Shown here: in pieces, positions 46,248 through 57,246 of the stretch
How the letters are laid out: every line of letters starts with the position of its first letter
Numbering within the stretch: the stretch's first letter is position 1
Assembly: GCA_964402995.1 (NCBI GenBank)
Contig: CAYOEA010000009.1
Span: forward strand, 4,974-68,973
Direction of reading: 5' to 3'
Origin: an uncultured Methanosarcinales archaeon
GTDB lineage: Archaea > Nanobdellota > Nanobdellia > Woesearchaeales > GCA-2686295
DNA length: 64,000 nt
Position numbers and translations under genes: made by a program
The notes under the pieces: model-generated
The model's database searches: none
What the model saw: the letters and a program-made list of their open reading frames with translations, nothing else
What the model was told of the DNA's origin: nothing

Positions 46248-47426
46248 TTATGATATTTTCTGCGGATGCGCGTAAATCTTATGATCCAGATAGAAAGATG
46301 CAATTATTATTCCTATCGCTATAATGATTGCGTTAACTGCAAATATACTGCTAATACCCCATATTGAAACTATTAGACCGCTAAATATGAAACTTATGAA
46401 ACTTCCAATTTTTGCAATTGACATATATGAGCCAACTATTTCTCCTTCTTTTTTTGTCTTTTCTCCAATATCAGACATTAAACTCCATGCAGAAACATTC
46501 CAAATAGCACCACCAACTCCTTGGAACAATAATAATATCAATAAAACCCAATAAGTATTTGTTGTTGATACAAAAAACATAAAGAATGCATAGATCCCAC
46601 AACCTACAAGTATCAAAGTTCCTCGATTAAATTTATCACTTAATTGTCCAAAAAAGAATTGAAACAGGTTAGTCACACCTAAGAAAAACATTGCAAGACC
46701 TATTGAGCTGTAAGTCAAACCTAATTTCTCAATTATTAAAAGTGGCATAAATACTTGTATTGCAGGTGTTGTTGCATGCATAACCATTCCAAGTATTGCC
46801 ATAGCTTTGAGCGGTCTTTCTGCTAAAAAATTCTTAATTCCAGCGTACAAATTAAAACTTTTTTTGCTTGGTTTTACTTTTAGTTTTGGTGTTCTATAAA
46901 CAAGCATAAATGATAATGCAAGTAAAATAACTGCTGAAAGTATAAATGGTGCTTTAATGAATAATTTATCAACTAATAATCCTCCAATTATTGGTGCAAC
47001 TATTGCTCCAATATGACCTATTGAAAAACTCCAACCAGCATATTTTCCTCTTTCTTTATTTGTCAATGAATCTTCTATTTTTGCAATTGCAACTAATGTT
47101 ACTGCAACAAAAGCAACTGCGCCAAATAATCTTGCACCTGCAATGAATATCCAATGATTGCCAATTAAATAAAATATTATTGCAGTGATTTGAAGAATCA
47201 TTCCTATGATTATAACCCACATCCGACCAATTTCATCAGAAAGTTTTCCCATTATAGAAGATGAAAAAATTGTAAATAATGGTGATAAAGAAAATATTAA
47301 TCCTATTTGAAAAGCATCTAGTCCTAATGATTTAACATAAGGTGCCAGTATTGGCATAAATAAATAGACTGCAAATAAATACAATACATTTATTCCTGTT
47401 GCTTGTATATATTCTTTATAGTGCAT
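46248..47426 (-). CDS. MFS transporter
   Basis: About 12 TM helices; motif A GKLSDEIGR and GQLSDKFNR. Confidence 0.93.
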   Translation of the reverse strand: MHYKEYIQATGINVLYLFAVYLFMPILAPYVKSLGLDAFQIGLIFSLSPLFTIFSSSIMGKLSDEIGRMWVIIIGMILQITAIIFYLIGNHWIFIAGARLFGAVAFVAVTLVAIAKIEDSLTNKERGKYAGWSFSIGHIGAIVAPIIGGLLVDKLFIKAPFILSAVILLALSFMLVYRTPKLKVKPSKKSFNLYAGIKNFLAERPLKAMAILGMVMHATTPAIQVFMPLLIIEKLGLTYSSIGLAMFFLGVTNLFQFFFGQLSDKFNRGTLILVGCGIYAFFMFFVSTTNTYWVLLILLLFQGVGGAIWNVSAWSLMSDIGEKTKKEGEIVGSYMSIAKIGSFISFIFSGLIVSIWGISSIFAVNAIIIAIGIIIASFYLDHKIYAHPQKIS

Positions 47427-47474
47427 TCTCTAAAACTTTAATAAAAACTTAAAATAAAAAGTTTAATCCTCTTT

Positions 47475-48800
47475 TTAATCTTCTTTTTTCTTATGAATTG
47501 CAATTGGAGATTCTCCACCATGCCATGAGAACCTTGGTCTAACTCTCATTGGATACATTTTTTCATTTGTATCATCAAATATAATTGCAGTTCCTTTTTG
47601 TCTTGGTAAATTATCTAATTGAACATCCAATCCTTCTCTCATATAAGATTGCATAAGTAATCCAAGTGCTTCTGTATCCATTTTTGCAGTTATTCTATGA
47701 GATATTACTGTATCACTTTGAGTCATAACATCTGTATGAATTTTTCCTGGCTGCTGAGTTGCCATAATTAGACTAATTCCTGGTTGTCTTCCTTCTCTAA
47801 GAATTGTAACTAAAGGATCTGTCGCTAATGTTTTTCCTTTAACTGGTAAAAATTCATGTGCTTCGTCAATAACTAACCATACAAGTGGAAAGTCTTGCTT
47901 TGTAGTATCATCATCACCAAAATAATTCACAGATTTATGTACTTCTTTATACTCTTCATCTTTTCTTGCAAGCATTCTTTGAATGAATAATTTTTGAGCT
48001 ACTAATCCAATTACTAAGTTTTTTACTTTCCATGAACCTGGCATTGTTGCATAACAAGAAACATCAAGTACTGATACTTGTCCGCCTTTTGCTAATTCTT
48101 TTAATGGTGTTCCTTCTTTATCAAAAACACCCCAATTCTTCGAATTATTAAATAAATTTTTTGCAGCATTTATAACGTGTTTTTCTGAATCTAAGTTTTT
48201 CTCTAATTCTGTTATTATATCATCAATATCAAAATTTGCTTCATTATTTTCATCATCATTTTCTTTTAAAGCAAATATTGTTTGTTCTATTAATACTCCA
48301 ACTGGTTCTTGCGGACTTACATCAAAAGTCATATTCCAATCATCACCATTCATTTCTGATGGTTTTACTGAGAATGGATAATCTGTTGGTATTCCTTTAT
48401 CTTTATATTCTTGATAATATCCTTTTGGCGTGTAAATCTTAATATCTAATCCTTTTCCTTCAAGACCCCACTCATTTAATAATGCCTTATCTTTTTGGTT
48501 TGGATACTTCATGGTCCAATATACTCCCATTGTATCAAGCATAATTATAGAAATATTTTGTTTAATTTCTCGCGGCATATCAGCCATACCTTCAGCAATT
48601 ACGCCCATAGTATAACTTTTTCCGCCACCTCTTTTACCACAAATAAATACTACATGAGATCGAATCATGTCAAGATATACTTTATTTGCAAGTGAGCTTG
48701 TTCGCCCCATTTTTACAAAATGTTTTCCTAAAAGAATAGTACCTTCTGTACCAAATTTTTCTTTGTCTTTCTCACTTCGACCAATAATTATATCATACAT
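47475..48800 (-). CDS. HerA/FtsK-like (DUF87) ATPase
   Basis: HVVFICGKRGGGKSYT, IIMLDTMG, LVIDEAH, REGRQPGISLIMATQQP. Confidence 0.88.
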   Translation of the reverse strand: MYDIIIGRSEKDKEKFGTEGTILLGKHFVKMGRTSSLANKVYLDMIRSHVVFICGKRGGGKSYTMGVIAEGMADMPREIKQNISIIMLDTMGVYWTMKYPNQKDKALLNEWGLEGKGLDIKIYTPKGYYQEYKDKGIPTDYPFSVKPSEMNGDDWNMTFDVSPQEPVGVLIEQTIFALKENDDENNEANFDIDDIITELEKNLDSEKHVINAAKNLFNNSKNWGVFDKEGTPLKELAKGGQVSVLDVSCYATMPGSWKVKNLVIGLVAQKLFIQRMLARKDEEYKEVHKSVNYFGDDDTTKQDFPLVWLVIDEAHEFLPVKGKTLATDPLVTILREGRQPGISLIMATQQPGKIHTDVMTQSDTVISHRITAKMDTEALGLLMQSYMREGLDVQLDNLPRQKGTAIIFDDTNEKMYPMRVRPRFSWHGGESPIAIHKKKED

Positions 48801-49033
48801 ATAATTTATTTTAGTCTAACTCCTATTTATATTTATTCAAACAAAACAGATAAAATTCCTTCAAATCATATTAAAATAAACAAAATATTATTTCAAAGAA
48901 GGCAATAAGCTGATTAAAACAGCCTTTCAATCATAAAACAAACGAAATTAAAACAAACAAAAGGTTTATAATACACTAAACTTTTATCAGAGAAAAATAC
49001 TTAGAAAAAAATTGTCATTGGGGTGATGATTCA

Positions 49034-50452
49034 TTGGTAGAAAAAATAGAAAAGAAAATTAAAGTCGCTTCTAAAACAAAAAAAGTACATAAGAAGCCAA
49101 CACATAAATCAGAACATAAGACTCAAACTAAATCTGGTTCAAAAGCAAATAGTAGTAAAACTACTAAAGCAAAAAAATGCGATCCTAGACATAAAAAGTT
49201 CTTTATTGCAGCAGGTGTCTTAATTATAATTGTAGCAGTTATTTTAATTGTTAATTTTATAGGCAATTCAAACACGATAATTGAAGATGATCAAGTAATA
49301 GCTTATGTTGATGGAGCTCCAATTTATCAAAGTGAGTACGCACAACTTGAAACTCAACTTCCACCTGGCTTTGAAGAAACAATTTCAAAAACAGAATTAG
49401 TTTCTCAGCTTATTGATAAAAAACTTCTTTTAACAAAAGCAAATCAAGCAGGCATTAACCTTGACGATGAAGTTCAAGAAGTTCTTGATTCTAATGGAAT
49501 GACTTTAGCTCAACTTGAATCAGTTATTCTATCTCAAGGAATTGACATGCAAGAATTCAAAGATCAACTTTTAATCTTGGTTTACTTAAATGACAGTTTA
49601 TTTTCAAAGATTACTGCTTCAGAAGAGAAAATTAATAACTTCTACCAAGCTAGTCCTGAAATGTTCATTGTTCCTGCAAGTGCTCAAACAAAACATGTTC
49701 TTGTAACAATTACTACTGAAAGAACAGATAGTAAAGCTTTTGATTTAATTAATCAAATTAAAGCAAAATATGAAGCTGACAACTCAGTTTTTTGTGATTT
49801 AGTTACAGAATATTCAGAAGATCCTGGCAGTGTAGAAAACTGTGGAGAATATGGTTCTGATGTATTTCCTAACTTTGTTCCTGAATACAAAGAACTTGCA
49901 CTTTCATTAGAAAATGGAGCACATGGAGTTGCTAAAACAGACTTTGGTTATCATTTAATTATAACTATAGAAAAAACTCCTGAAACAATAGTTTCATTAG
50001 AAGAAGCAACACCACAAATTGAAAACTTTTTAACTTTAGAAAAACAAAAAGAAGTTTTTGATGCTTACATGATCGAGCTTAGAGTTAATTCAGATATTGT
50101 AAACTGTTATGAAACACCTGAAAATGAAATGTGTTCAAATTTTAATGCAGGCACAACTACAATTGTAGTCGAAGAAACAGATTTAGCAGCACTTGCTCAG
50201 TGTATAACTGATAGTGGGGCTAAAATGTATGGTGCTAACTGGTGCAGTCATTGTAATAATCAAAAAGCAATGTTTGAAGATGCTAAATCATTACTTCCTT
50301 ACGTTGAATGTGCAATTGAAAACGATCCTCGTGGACAAACTCCTGCTTGTCAAGAAGCAGGTATTGCTGGCTACCCAACATGGGTTATTAATGGTCAAGA
50401 ATATCCTGGTGAACAAGCAATCGAGACTCTCGCTCAATTAACAGCCTGTTAA
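49034..50452 (+). CDS. Membrane-anchored SurA/PrsA-type PPIase fused to a C-terminal thioredoxin-like domain
   Basis: TM anchor; SurA-N-like helices; parvulin motifs HVLV, YSEDPGS, KTDFGYHLI; C-terminal MYGANWCSHC...GYPTW. Confidence 0.85.
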   Translation: MVEKIEKKIKVASKTKKVHKKPTHKSEHKTQTKSGSKANSSKTTKAKKCDPRHKKFFIAAGVLIIIVAVILIVNFIGNSNTIIEDDQVIAYVDGAPIYQSEYAQLETQLPPGFEETISKTELVSQLIDKKLLLTKANQAGINLDDEVQEVLDSNGMTLAQLESVILSQGIDMQEFKDQLLILVYLNDSLFSKITASEEKINNFYQASPEMFIVPASAQTKHVLVTITTERTDSKAFDLINQIKAKYEADNSVFCDLVTEYSEDPGSVENCGEYGSDVFPNFVPEYKELALSLENGAHGVAKTDFGYHLIITIEKTPETIVSLEEATPQIENFLTLEKQKEVFDAYMIELRVNSDIVNCYETPENEMCSNFNAGTTTIVVEETDLAALAQCITDSGAKMYGANWCSHCNNQKAMFEDAKSLLPYVECAIENDPRGQTPACQEAGIAGYPTWVINGQEYPGEQAIETLAQLTAC

Positions 50453-50556
50453 GAAGCATTTTCAGAACAATAAAGCACACATTTGTGCTTAATAATTTAT
50501 TTTAACTTATTTTTACAAAACGTTTATAAATAAAAAGTTCCTTCCTAAAGGAACAA

Positions 50557-50704
50557 GTGTGAACGGGTCCTTTTTCGAACTGAACGTAAAGTTCTTTGTT
50601 ATGAGACTAAGACACCCTCACGCGTGTCAGCCCGACACAGAGAGTACCTATTCGAGCCACGACGATTGTCAATGCGATGAAACTGGGAGTTAGTGACTCG
50701 GGCA
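50557..50704 (+). ncRNA. Candidate structured ncRNA of unknown family
   Basis: GC-rich island; TTTATAAA box at 50523-50530; helices GTGTGA(AC)GGGT/ACCCTCACGC and GCCCGA/TCGGGC; T-run downstream. Confidence 0.45.
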
Positions 50705-50983
50705 TTATTAATTTTTAATCATAAAATCACAAATTCACAGAACAAGTTCATTACTATCATAATCATTCATAATCATTTACAGCAGTAAACAATAGTAAAC
50801 TTGTTCTTAGCATAAACTTCAAATCAAAAAAAGTATGATGTATTAGACCTAATTTATAGTGTCTTATCGAATTGTGATTCTTGATTAACTTAACTAAAAA
50901 ATAAACTAAATTACGATTATTAAGAGGAACGAGAAACAAACAAAATTTTTTGTACCTCAAAATGTAATTTTGGAGGAAATAAA

Positions 50984-52228
50984 ATGGCGAAAATTGCACA
51001 AGTTGCAGCAAAATATATTATTCACGCAAAAATTCAAATTGAAGGTGTCGTAGACAAGCCCGATGTTATAGGGGCTATTTTTGGTCAAACAGAAGGTCTT
51101 TTAGGCGCTGATTTAGAACTTAGAGAATTACAAAGATCCGGTAGAATCGGAAGAATTGAAGTTAATGTTGAAACCAAAGGTGGAAAGACAAGTGGAGAAA
51201 TTATTATTCCTTCATCATTAGACAAAGCAGAAACAGCTATTGTTGGTGCATCATTAGAAATCATTCAAAGAATTGGTCCTTGTAACGCAAAAACTAATGT
51301 AGGATCAATTGAAGATATTAGAATCTCAAAAAGACAACAAGTTGTTGACAGAGCTAAAGAACTTTTAAAAGCACTTATGGATGGAGTCTTACCTGATAGT
51401 CAAGAACTTGCTGATGAAGTTGCATACTCGGTTAGAGTTATGGAAATTCAAGAATATGGTAAAGAAAGACTTCCTGCAGGTCCTGCAGTTGAAGAAAGTG
51501 ATGAAATTATTCTTGTTGAAGGCAGAGCAGATGTTTTAACTCTATTAAAACATGGATTCAAAAACGCAATTGCAATTAATGGTACAAGTGTTCCTGAAAC
51601 AATTCACGAATTAACTAAAAGAAAAACAACTACTGTTTTTGTTGATGGTGACCGTGGTGGAGATTTAATCATTAAAGAATTACTAGCAGTTGCAGAAATT
51701 GACTTTATCTGTAAAGCACCTGATGGAAAAGAAGTTGAAGAATTAACTCAAAAAGAACTACACAAAGCTCTTAGAGGAAAAGTTGCAGCTGAACAAGCTA
51801 AACTAGATACTACAACATCAAAACCTTCAACATCAAATCACAGTAAACCTAGTTATGAAAGAAGAGATAACAGATCTTCAAATCATAACAATGATAGACG
51901 TGAAGAAAGAAAAGAAGCACCACAACCAAAAAAGAAAGTTTCTAATGAAGAAAAAGCAAAATTCTCAGAAATGTTAGAAGATCTTATTGGTACTAGAGGC
52001 GCTTATGTCCTTGATGAAAGTTTAAACATTCTAGGTAAAGTTCCTGTATCAGAACTTCAAAGCACAATTAAAAGCTTAAGAACTGGCATTTATGCAGTTG
52101 TTCTTGATGGTGTGATTGATAAGGACTTGGTACTTACTGCAGAAAGAGCTAATATTAAATTCCTAGTTGCTATGGAATCAAAAGCTAAATCTGTAAAGAT
52201 GGAAATCATAACTGGCGACAGTCTTTAA
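50984..52228 (+). CDS. dnaG: Archaeal DnaG-like primase
   Basis: [42 protein letters not shown] and DGDRGG. Confidence 0.97.
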   Translation: MAKIAQVAAKYIIHAKIQIEGVVDKPDVIGAIFGQTEGLLGADLELRELQRSGRIGRIEVNVETKGGKTSGEIIIPSSLDKAETAIVGASLEIIQRIGPCNAKTNVGSIEDIRISKRQQVVDRAKELLKALMDGVLPDSQELADEVAYSVRVMEIQEYGKERLPAGPAVEESDEIILVEGRADVLTLLKHGFKNAIAINGTSVPETIHELTKRKTTTVFVDGDRGGDLIIKELLAVAEIDFICKAPDGKEVEELTQKELHKALRGKVAAEQAKLDTTTSKPSTSNHSKPSYERRDNRSSNHNNDRREERKEAPQPKKKVSNEEKAKFSEMLEDLIGTRGAYVLDESLNILGKVPVSELQSTIKSLRTGIYAVVLDGVIDKDLVLTAERANIKFLVAMESKAKSVKMEIITGDSL

Positions 52229-52242
52229 GTCGCAATTTTTTT
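52215..52242 (+). terminator. Hairpin plus T-run at dnaG end
   Basis: GCGAC/GTCGC stem followed by T7. Confidence 0.4.
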
Positions 52243-52314
52243 ATATTAAATATTTTTATTTTATATGCCAGAAAAGAAAATTTTTTCTGAGCATTTTTAC
52301 ATTATTTTTCTAAA

Positions 52315-53028
52315 ATGGCTAAAAATACCCGAGAAGAATGGAAAGTTTACAAGAATGTTTTCTCAGAATTTTCTCTAAGAAATATTTTCAAATTATCTAC
52401 TGAAGGTCATTTCAAAGAACTTGTTAGCCCAATTCAAATGGGTAAAGAAGCAAATGTGTTCACTGCTATCACAAAAGATGATAGATATGTCATTGTAAAA
52501 ATTTACCGTCTTGAAAACTGTAATTTCAATAAAATGTTTGAATACATCGCTTCAGATCCTAGATATTCTCGTTTAAAGAAACAAAAAAGAGCAATTGTGT
52601 TTGCTTGGACTCAAAGAGAATTCAAAAATTTAATGATAGCAAGAGAAGGCATCAGAGTTCCCACTCCAATCACATTTAAAGATAATATTTTAGTTATGGA
52701 AATGATTGGAGATCCTGCTCCTATGCTTAAAGACGCAAGACCTAAAGATCCAGAAAAATTTCTTAAAAAAGTTTTTGAAAACATGTATAAATTAAAAAAA
52801 ACTGGTTTAGTTCATGGTGATCTTTCCGAGTTTAATATTCTAAATCAAGAGGAAGAGCCTGTATTTATTGATTTTTCTCAAACAACTTATGCAGCCAGTT
52901 TTAACTCTACTGCACTTTTTGATCGAGATATGGGAAATATTAAACGTTTCTTTAGAAAAATGCTTTCAGAAGAAACAATTGAAACAATCTTATCAGATAT
53001 TCAATCTAAATTTAAAAAACAAATTTAA
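52315..53028 (+). CDS. rio1: RIO1 family serine/threonine kinase
   Basis: GKEANVF, VKIYR, WTQREFKNL, VHGDLSEFNIL, IDFSQ. Confidence 0.95.
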   Translation: MAKNTREEWKVYKNVFSEFSLRNIFKLSTEGHFKELVSPIQMGKEANVFTAITKDDRYVIVKIYRLENCNFNKMFEYIASDPRYSRLKKQKRAIVFAWTQREFKNLMIAREGIRVPTPITFKDNILVMEMIGDPAPMLKDARPKDPEKFLKKVFENMYKLKKTGLVHGDLSEFNILNQEEEPVFIDFSQTTYAASFNSTALFDRDMGNIKRFFRKMLSEETIETILSDIQSKFKKQI

Positions 53029-53110
53029 TCTAAAACTATCTAAATCAAAGTAATTTCTTCTCTTTTCAGTCTTTTATTAGATAAACTTTTTATACTGTCT
53101 TTTTTTCCTA

Positions 53111-53662
53111 GTGCTAATGGACACTTATATGCATGAACTTAGGATTCCAAAAACACGTATCGCAGTGGTTATTGGAACAAATGGCTCTACTAAAAAAGAA
53201 TTAGAAGAAATATCAGGCACAGATATCGATGTTGATTCAAAAGAGGGTATTGTTACCATTGAAGGTTCAGATGCTATTAAACTTTATCAAACTAAAGAAA
53301 TGATTATTGCAATTGGACGTGGTTTTAGTCCTGAGATTGCTCGAATTCTCTTAAAACATGATTATATCATGGAAGTTATTACTCTTATTGAATTTGCTGA
53401 TAAAAAAAAACAATTAGACCGTATTAGAGGTAGAATTATTGGTACAAGAGGTAAATCAAGAGAAATCATGGAAGAATTAACTGAAACTAATATTTCTGTT
53501 TATGGAAAAACCATTGCAGTTATTGGTCTTCCCGAAAATGTTGTTATGGCTAGAAATGCGATTGATACTTTAATTGATGGCGCATCACATGCAACTGTTT
53601 ACAAAAGACTTGAAGCTTTTAGAAGAAAAATGAAAGAAGCACGTATGCTTGATCTTGCTTAA
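53111..53662 (+). CDS. dim2: KH-domain rRNA-processing protein (Dim2/Pno1)
   Basis: RIAVVIGTNG, AIGRGFSPE.A, RIRGRIIG..GK, HATVYKRLE. Confidence 0.93.
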   Translation: MLMDTYMHELRIPKTRIAVVIGTNGSTKKELEEISGTDIDVDSKEGIVTIEGSDAIKLYQTKEMIIAIGRGFSPEIARILLKHDYIMEVITLIEFADKKKQLDRIRGRIIGTRGKSREIMEELTETNISVYGKTIAVIGLPENVVMARNAIDTLIDGASHATVYKRLEAFRRKMKEARMLDLA

Positions 53663-53741
53663 ATCTTCTTTTTTTTGAATTCTTAAAAATAAACTATTAT
53701 TATTTACTTATTTAATTTAGAAATTTAAACTAAAAATGTTT

Positions 53742-54251
53742 TTATGCAGAATCTAATTCTAGAATATAATAATCATGCACTCTATAACAGTAATCTCTTT
53801 CAACTTCATTTTCAATTTTATAACAATTTATGTCTTCTTCTTCAATTAAAGCCAAGTAACAATCATATTTTTCATCAGCTTCTTTATTTTCACAACCGGT
53901 TTCAGGCTCATCTAAAACTTGTTCTGCTGGAGGATTATAAATTGGTTTTACTATATCTGGTTGATCAACATGAATATCAGGACCTGGTGCAATATTTTGA
54001 TATAATGAATATCCTGCAATAACCAATAATAAAACTAAGAATACTAAACCTGTAACTACAAATTTATGAATTGAAGCATTATGTGTTGGTACATCAGTTT
54101 TCCCAGTTCCACCAAATGCTATATCAAAAGCAGAATCAACTTCTATTGAATTAACTCCTTTCTTAATTAGAAAATCTCTTATTGTTCTTACATCTCTTCC
54201 AGATGCTAATTGTTCTTTAATAAAAGAAACTATTTCTAAGTCTGAAGCCAT
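53742..54251 (-). CDS. Hypothetical single-TM protein with C-terminal Cys repeats
   Basis: N-terminal helical domain, one TM, C..x..DCY / C..x..DYCY repeats. Confidence 0.65.
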   Translation of the reverse strand: MASDLEIVSFIKEQLASGRDVRTIRDFLIKKGVNSIEVDSAFDIAFGGTGKTDVPTHNASIHKFVVTGLVFLVLLLVIAGYSLYQNIAPGPDIHVDQPDIVKPIYNPPAEQVLDEPETGCENKEADEKYDCYLALIEEEDINCYKIENEVERDYCYRVHDYYILELDSA

Positions 54252-54416
54252 CAGTTTATTTTAGTCTATCTATTATTTAAATATTTCTAACTCTAATTTA
54301 GTTAGTAAATACTAAATCAAACATACTTTTTCACCAATTAATTCAAATTAAATTCCGATTAATATTCATATTTCTTTAGAAAGTTTTATTAAGCATAAGT
54401 AGAAAACCAATCTTAT

Positions 54417-56168
54417 ATGACAGAGGTCACACTTGATTTAGATACATTCAATTCTGCCCCAGTGGAAGCGCCAGTGCAGCCTCCAAAGGAACCAGAGCAA
54501 CCAAAAAAAGAGTTAAAAGCTCATGAGATGGCAAAGAAACAACGAGATATCTCTATTGCAGAATTCTTTGAAAAGAATAGACACTTACTTGGTTTTGACA
54601 ATAAAAGAAAAGCACTTCTTACTACAATTAAAGAAGCAGTTGATAATTCACTTGACGCATGTGATGAAGCAGGAATTCTCCCGGATTTAGAAATAGTAAT
54701 TACTGATATGGGAAATGATAGATATAGAATTTCTATTGAAGATAATGGTCCTGGTATTGTTAAAGCACAAGTTCCTAAAATTTTCGCTAAGCTTCTTTAT
54801 GGTTCAAAATTCCATAGTTTAAAACAATCCAGAGGACAACAAGGTATTGGAATCTCAGCATCTGTTATGTATGGTCAATTAACTACAGGTAGACCTGCAA
54901 AAATTATTAGTAAAATAGGTCCTGGTCACCAAGCTTATTTTTGTGAGTTAAAAATTGACACTCAAAAAAATAAACCAGATATTGTTTCAGAAGGTGAAAA
55001 AGAGTGGACTAAAGATCATGGAACTAGAGTTGAAATTGACTTAGAAGGTACATATCTTAAAGGACATCAATCAGTTGATGAATATCTTAAACAAACAGCA
55101 ATTGTTAATCCTCATTCAACTATCATCTATGTTAATCCTAAAGGAGAACAAATTATTTTTCCTAGAGCAACAGAAGTTCATCCAAAAATGCCTGCTGAAA
55201 TTAAACCTCATCCTTATGGTGTAGAATTAGGTATGCTTATCAAAATGCTTACTTGGACTGCAAGTAAAACTGTTAAACATTTTCTTCAAACAGAATTTTC
55301 AAGAGTTGGAAATAAACCTGCTGATGAAATTTTAGAAAAATCATTCATTCCAGCTAAAACTAAACCAGGAAAAATTACTCGAGAGATGGCAGAAAAAATC
55401 ATTGAAGCTATTAGAACTACTAAAATCATGGCTCCACCTTCCGATTGTATTAGCCCGATTGGTTCAGAACTTTTAGAAAAAGGTTTGAAAAAGGAAATAA
55501 ATGCAGAATTTTACACAAGCATTACAAGACCTCCATCTGTTTATAGAGGAAATCCTTTTATTATTGAAGCAGCTTTAGCTTATGGCGGAACTATAAAAGC
55601 AGAAGGCTCTATTGGAATTATGCGATTTGCAAACAAAGTACCTTTATTATATCAACAAGGCTCTTGTGCAACAACTGAATCTATTGCCAAAACTTCTTGG
55701 AGATCTTATGGTCTTCAACAGTCAGGCGGTAACCTTCCACAAGGCCCATGCATTGTTTTAATTCATATTGCATCTGTTTGGGTTCCTTTCACTAGTGAAG
55801 CTAAAGAAGCATTAGCACATTATCCTGAAATCATAAAAGAGGTAAAACTCGCAATTCAAGAATTAGGTCGAAGTCTTTACAAATATGTAGCTAAGAAAAA
55901 GAAAGTCTCTGATGAACTTAAAAAAAGAAGTTACATTGAGAAATACATTCCTTCTATTGCAGAAGCATTAAAAGATTTAATTGCTTATTCAGATGTTGAA
56001 GAAAAAGAAGTTATTAAACATCTTGAAATAATGCTTGAACAAGATAGAGGTCAAATTGAAGAACTTAAATTTGATCCTACAAAGAATAAAGAATTTGATG
56101 CAGAATTTGCAAGCATTGGTAAAGAAGAAAATAACGATGAAGATGTAGAAGGTGATGATAATGAGTAG
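54417..56168 (+). CDS. top6B: DNA topoisomerase VI subunit B
   Basis: EAVDNSLDAC, EDNGPG, LLYGSKF, RGQQGIGIS, IKPHP.G, RFANKVPLLY. Confidence 0.98.
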   Translation: MTEVTLDLDTFNSAPVEAPVQPPKEPEQPKKELKAHEMAKKQRDISIAEFFEKNRHLLGFDNKRKALLTTIKEAVDNSLDACDEAGILPDLEIVITDMGNDRYRISIEDNGPGIVKAQVPKIFAKLLYGSKFHSLKQSRGQQGIGISASVMYGQLTTGRPAKIISKIGPGHQAYFCELKIDTQKNKPDIVSEGEKEWTKDHGTRVEIDLEGTYLKGHQSVDEYLKQTAIVNPHSTIIYVNPKGEQIIFPRATEVHPKMPAEIKPHPYGVELGMLIKMLTWTASKTVKHFLQTEFSRVGNKPADEILEKSFIPAKTKPGKITREMAEKIIEAIRTTKIMAPPSDCISPIGSELLEKGLKKEINAEFYTSITRPPSVYRGNPFIIEAALAYGGTIKAEGSIGIMRFANKVPLLYQQGSCATTESIAKTSWRSYGLQQSGGNLPQGPCIVLIHIASVWVPFTSEAKEALAHYPEIIKEVKLAIQELGRSLYKYVAKKKKVSDELKKRSYIEKYIPSIAEALKDLIAYSDVEEKEVIKHLEIMLEQDRGQIEELKFDPTKNKEFDAEFASIGKEENNDEDVEGDDNE

Positions 56169-57246
56169 TGAAGTTATAGATAAAATTACCGCGCATGCTA
56201 AAAATATTTATCGTGATATTAAAGTAAGAACAAAACCAATTATGAGTTCACCTATCAGAGCTTTAAGCAATGTTAGATATGATTTAGAAGAAGGTTTCTT
56301 TGACTTAAAAGGTAATATGAAAAGCAGAACTCTTTCAGCTACAACGGTTAAGACTTTTGCTCAAACTTTAAAGATGATGTCTTTATCAAAAGAAATAATT
56401 GAGACTAAAGATATTGCAACTAAAAGAGAGGCTTATTATGTTTCTAAAAACTGGGGCGATGCACGCTTTAATGAACAACCTGAATCAGATACTGTCATGG
56501 ACGACATTGAAGCTATGCTTGGAATTAACCGTGAGAAATTAGGTTTTATTCCTGAAGAAAAAGGCGGAGATATTGCAGGTAAACTTATTGTTATTGATAA
56601 AAACCCTGACAATGGTAAAGAAATCAAAATTGACTGTACAAAATTTGGTAGTGGAGCTTACTCTATTCCTTCAAGTGTTGAAGAACTAAAATTCGAAACA
56701 GATGCAGAATTCATTCTTGCTATTGAAACTGCAGGTATGTTCCAGCGTTTAGTTAAACACAATTATTGGAAAAAAGCAAATTGTATTTTAATTAGTATGG
56801 GTGGAGTTCCTACTCGTGCTTGTCGTAGATTTATCCGACGACTCTCGGATGATAAAAATCTTCCAGTTTTAGTTTTCACAGATGGAGATTTCTATGGATA
56901 CTTTAACATCTACAGAACATTAAAAGTAGGTTCAGGAAACGCAGCTCATATCAATAAATATTTCTGTGTTCCAAATGCGAAATTCATCGGAATTACCCCG
57001 CAAGATATCATTGAATATAAGCTTCCAACACATCCGCTTAAAGATATTGATATTAAACGAGGTAAAGACGCTCTTAAGAACGATCCATTTGTTCACCACC
57101 ATAAGCCTTGGCAAAAAGCAATTAAGCAGCAAACTGAGCTTAAAGCCAGAGCAGAACAGCAAGCACTTGCTAAATGGGGTTTAAATTTCGTTGTAGATAC
57201 TTATCTTCCTGAAAAGTTAAAGAAAAGAGACACTTGGCTTCCTTAA
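56152..57246 (+). CDS. top6A: DNA topoisomerase VI subunit A
   Basis: TKREAYY, ILAIET.GMF.RL, GVPTR, FTDGDFYG..I, AEQQAL. Confidence 0.97.
   Translation: MMIMSSEVIDKITAHAKNIYRDIKVRTKPIMSSPIRALSNVRYDLEEGFFDLKGNMKSRTLSATTVKTFAQTLKMMSLSKEIIETKDIATKREAYYVSKNWGDARFNEQPESDTVMDDIEAMLGINREKLGFIPEEKGGDIAGKLIVIDKNPDNGKEIKIDCTKFGSGAYSIPSSVEELKFETDAEFILAIETAGMFQRLVKHNYWKKANCILISMGGVPTRACRRFIRRLSDDKNLPVLVFTDGDFYGYFNIYRTLKVGSGNAAHINKYFCVPNAKFIGITPQDIIEYKLPTHPLKDIDIKRGKDALKNDPFVHHHKPWQKAIKQQTELKARAEQQALAKWGLNFVVDTYLPEKLKKRDTWLP

Noticed and set aside
50537-50704. 5S rRNA, SRP RNA, RNase P RNA, group I intron, fluoride riboswitch or intron-split tRNA-Met
   Set aside because: Only isolated words match (TCGAAC, GAACGGGTC, GAGACTA, CTCATAA); the required partner helices are absent. 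Kept as an unassigned candidate.
50601-50705. 30-codon plus-strand and 32-codon minus-strand micro-ORFs
   Set aside because: GC-rich codons unlike the genome, no SD, and mutual overlap; better explained by a structured RNA.
50984-57246. dnaG-rio1-dim2-top6B-top6A cluster
   Set aside because: A familiar archaeal neighbourhood; only the antisense membrane-protein gene at 53742 is extra.
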